Shown here piece after piece: positions 19,056 through 21,144 of a DNA stretch of 21,144 nt. This DNA comes from Candidatus Izemoplasmatales bacterium (lineage in GTDB: Bacteria; Bacillota_I; Bacilli_A; Izemoplasmatales; Hujiaoplasmataceae). The notes below the pieces were generated by a model. The model was given only the letters and a program-made list of their open reading frames with translations, did not search any database and was not told where the DNA came from. The DNA lies in the NCBI GenBank assembly GCA_050177605.1, contig JBFXGX010000029.1, forward strand, positions 1 to 21,144, written 5' to 3'. Position 1 is the stretch's first letter; every line of letters starts with the position of its first letter. The position numbers and the translations under genes are program-made.

Positions 19056-19150
19056 TGTCTTGTCATTATGGAGTTTTACTCTAAAATCGCTCGCGTTCGA
19101 CGGAGTTTTACTCTGTTTCCAACGGAGTTTTGCTTTTTTTCGGACGGAGT
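19056..19150 (+). repeat. repeat array B: TGT + 4 x GGAGT(TTTAC)
   Basis: TGT at 19056; motifs at 19070, 19102, 19124, 19146 (spacing 32, 22, 22). Confidence 0.85.
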
Positions 19151-19162
19151 AGCATTTTTTTG

Positions 19163-19198
19163 AAAAGAAAAGAGCGGGATATTCTCTACACCCACTCT
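19163..19198 (-). terminator. terminator after the ankyrin gene
   Basis: minus strand AGAGTGGG...CCCGCTCT followed by TTTCTTTT. Confidence 0.55.
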
Positions 19199-19236
19199 AT
19201 AATTTAACTTATATTCTTATTCAACTAATTTACTAA

Positions 19237-20067
19237 TTACTCACCTTCAAAAAAAGTTATTATATCCGTGTAATTTTTTTCAACTGCAATATCATACGCT
19301 GATTTACCTTCGATATTAGTCAATGAAATATCTGCCCCCAGGTTTACCAACTCAATTACAGCACTTAGTGAATTATGTTCTACAGCAAACATTAGTGGCG
19401 TATAATCATTTGTGGATTCAATGTCTATATTAAAATCTAGGTCAGTAACTAAGTAGTTTATTATCAGTTCGTTATCATAGGCTGCTGCTTTTGCTAAGAT
19501 ATTCCCGTATGTACAATTAATTTCATAGTTACCTCCGTTTTCAACTAGAGTCTTGAACAAGAGATATTGTTCTTGTTTTTCTCTATCTTCATCTTCATCT
19601 GTTATTGTTATAACAACCATAGTAACAGCATTTTCACCGTTACCATTTCTATCTCTATAATTTATATCTGCTCCATTCTCAAATAGTAACTCTGCAATAA
19701 CAATTCTATTTTCATTATATTTATATGCCTTACTCAATGTTGCTATTATTGCGGATGTATAATTCGTTGAATTGATATTATTTACGTCTGCGCCTTTATT
19801 TAATATGAGATTTACCGCCTCAAGATTACCTTTATATGCAGCGTATGTCAGGGGAGGAAAATTTGTCCTATCGAAATCAAACATATACGGTTTAGAATCT
19901 ATGTTTCCATTTTTCGATAAATAAAGATCTAGTGACTCGATATCATCAGTCTCAATATAACTGTTGATGGTTCTTGCATAATGAAAATTATTGCTATACA
20001 TATTTACCATAAATCCTCCAAGTATAAATATAATTAAGGCCAAAATAATCACAAGTAGTTTTTTCAT
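19237..20067 (-). CDS. ankyrin-repeat protein with N-terminal membrane anchor (immunity candidate)
   Basis: PPLTYAAYKGN...GADVN, TPLMFAVEHN...GADI, GKSAYDIA; start MKKLLVIIL at 20067 after GGAGG. Confidence 0.88.
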   Translation of the reverse strand: MKKLLVIILALIIFILGGFMVNMYSNNFHYARTINSYIETDDIESLDLYLSKNGNIDSKPYMFDFDRTNFPPLTYAAYKGNLEAVNLILNKGADVNNINSTNYTSAIIATLSKAYKYNENRIVIAELLFENGADINYRDRNGNGENAVTMVVITITDEDEDREKQEQYLLFKTLVENGGNYEINCTYGNILAKAAAYDNELIINYLVTDLDFNIDIESTNDYTPLMFAVEHNSLSAVIELVNLGADISLTNIEGKSAYDIAVEKNYTDIITFFEGE

Positions 20068-20081
20068 CGTTCTCCCCTCCG

Positions 20082-21014
20082 TCATATTCCAAAGAAAGAT
20101 GCTGCACGCTCAAAAATATTAGTATCATCATCTTCAGAATTTCCCCAGAGCACCCATGGAACTACATCAACTGCCATATGACCAATGGATCCAAAGAAAG
20201 TCCCAGAAGGTGAGTAATTGTATGTTCCGATATCTCTAGGGTCGGTTACCATATTTCCCGAACTATCATATATTACTTCTCTAAAACCATCTGGAGAAAC
20301 GAATTTAACATTAGGACCATCAATAGCAGAGAACTGATGACAGTTCGCTGCAACTGAATCATCCCATCCTTCTTGAATAGCTTGGTCTTTATTCTCAGGT
20401 AAATCTACATTATTATCGTTTCTATCATAATGAGCAGTAATTACATTGTTGACAGCTTGCACCGCAACAACTGCTGCAGTTACAGCACCTATGAGACCAG
20501 CAATTACAAAACCTACTACAGCGGCAGGTATACCTACAACCACAGATGATATAATTCTTCTAAATAATCCAATACTTAAGTAACCGCTAGGATCAACATT
20601 TGCAATTGGATTGTTATGACAATATGAATACATATTTGTTGTTTGAATATCGCCATAATCTCCTAATAATCCATCAGAATTAATAAATCTACCAACCTCA
20701 GGATTATAAAATCTACTGTTTAGGTAATACATGCTGATTTCAGAATCATATCGATAACCACGATATCTATATGGATTCGCATTTGCTATTGTACTGTATC
20801 CAGCAGTAATATCAGTATCTGTAATTCGACCATATGCATCATAGATATAATGTACAACTACTGTACCATCACTAGTCGCAATATGAGTAATGTCACCCAT
20901 CTGGTTACGGATGTAGAAATATTCTAAGCCACTGTATTGATCTGTTATGTCTGAGTCATAGTTGAAACTAATCAGCGTTCCATCATAATCATATCGATAT
21001 CCCCGATATGTATA
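20082..21014 (-). pseudogene. headless RHS core + C-terminal domain (orphan cassette 2)
   Basis: YFYIRNQMGDI, YDAYG, NPYRYRGYRYD, RFYNPEVGRFINSD, NNPIANVDPSG; residues upstream of 21014 are not RHS-like. Confidence 0.85.
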
Positions 21015-21144
21015 CCATGGACTAAGTGCTTTTTTAACAGATAGTAATAATAAACTCATATACATACAAATCATATCATTTAAGAGGCTGATATGCAAGC
21101 CTGATTTTGAATCCTGTAACTAATGGGTGCTAAATAATCTAGAG

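Larger units (their letters stand above)
11044..21144. mobile_element. genomic island inserted at tRNA-Cys (right end outside window)
   Basis: bounded by the tRNA 3' fragment; switch from housekeeping genes to co-oriented RHS, immunity-like, Fic and pseudogene content; no integrase in window. Confidence 0.65.

Noticed and set aside
16941..19150. GGAGTTTTAC arrays as CRISPR, integron attC or dif sites
   Set aside because: Repeats are only 10-12 bp with 22-32 bp periods; no cas genes, no attC inverted core, no XerC/D arms
21015..21098. N-terminal extension MHISLLND... of the RHS ORF
   Set aside because: No RBS and not RHS-like; probably fortuitously open sequence upstream of a junction

Overview
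AT-rich bacterial DNA in genetic code 11 (TGA ends genes at 355, 1467, 14512 and 20082). Gene content suggests a Bacillota-derived, Acholeplasmatales/Izemoplasmatales-like organism; this taxonomy is inference. Bases 1-10.7 kb are core chromosome: 5' end of rpsP, ylbG-like, ylbF-like, RsuA-family pseudouridine synthase, amylo-alpha-1,6-glucosidase, def, FprA flavodiiron protein, DegV, YwaF-like, FliB-like methylase, membrane GGDEF protein and SPFH protein, with clear sigma-A promoters and terminators. At 10999-11043 a degenerate 3' half of tRNA-Cys(GCA) with a terminator marks the probable boundary of an island that runs off the right edge. The island is a minus-strand, partly decayed polymorphic-toxin locus: two headless RHS-core/C-terminal cassettes with cognate immunity candidates, several orphan immunity-like genes (two with single in-frame TAA stops), and two readable microhomology junctions. 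It is interrupted by a Fic plus transglutaminase-like module bracketed by two co-oriented, helically phased GGAGTTTTAC arrays, each starting TGT 14 bp before the first motif. These arrays look like ends or recombination sites of an unidentified mobile system. All product calls come from motif recognition by eye; no searches were run.
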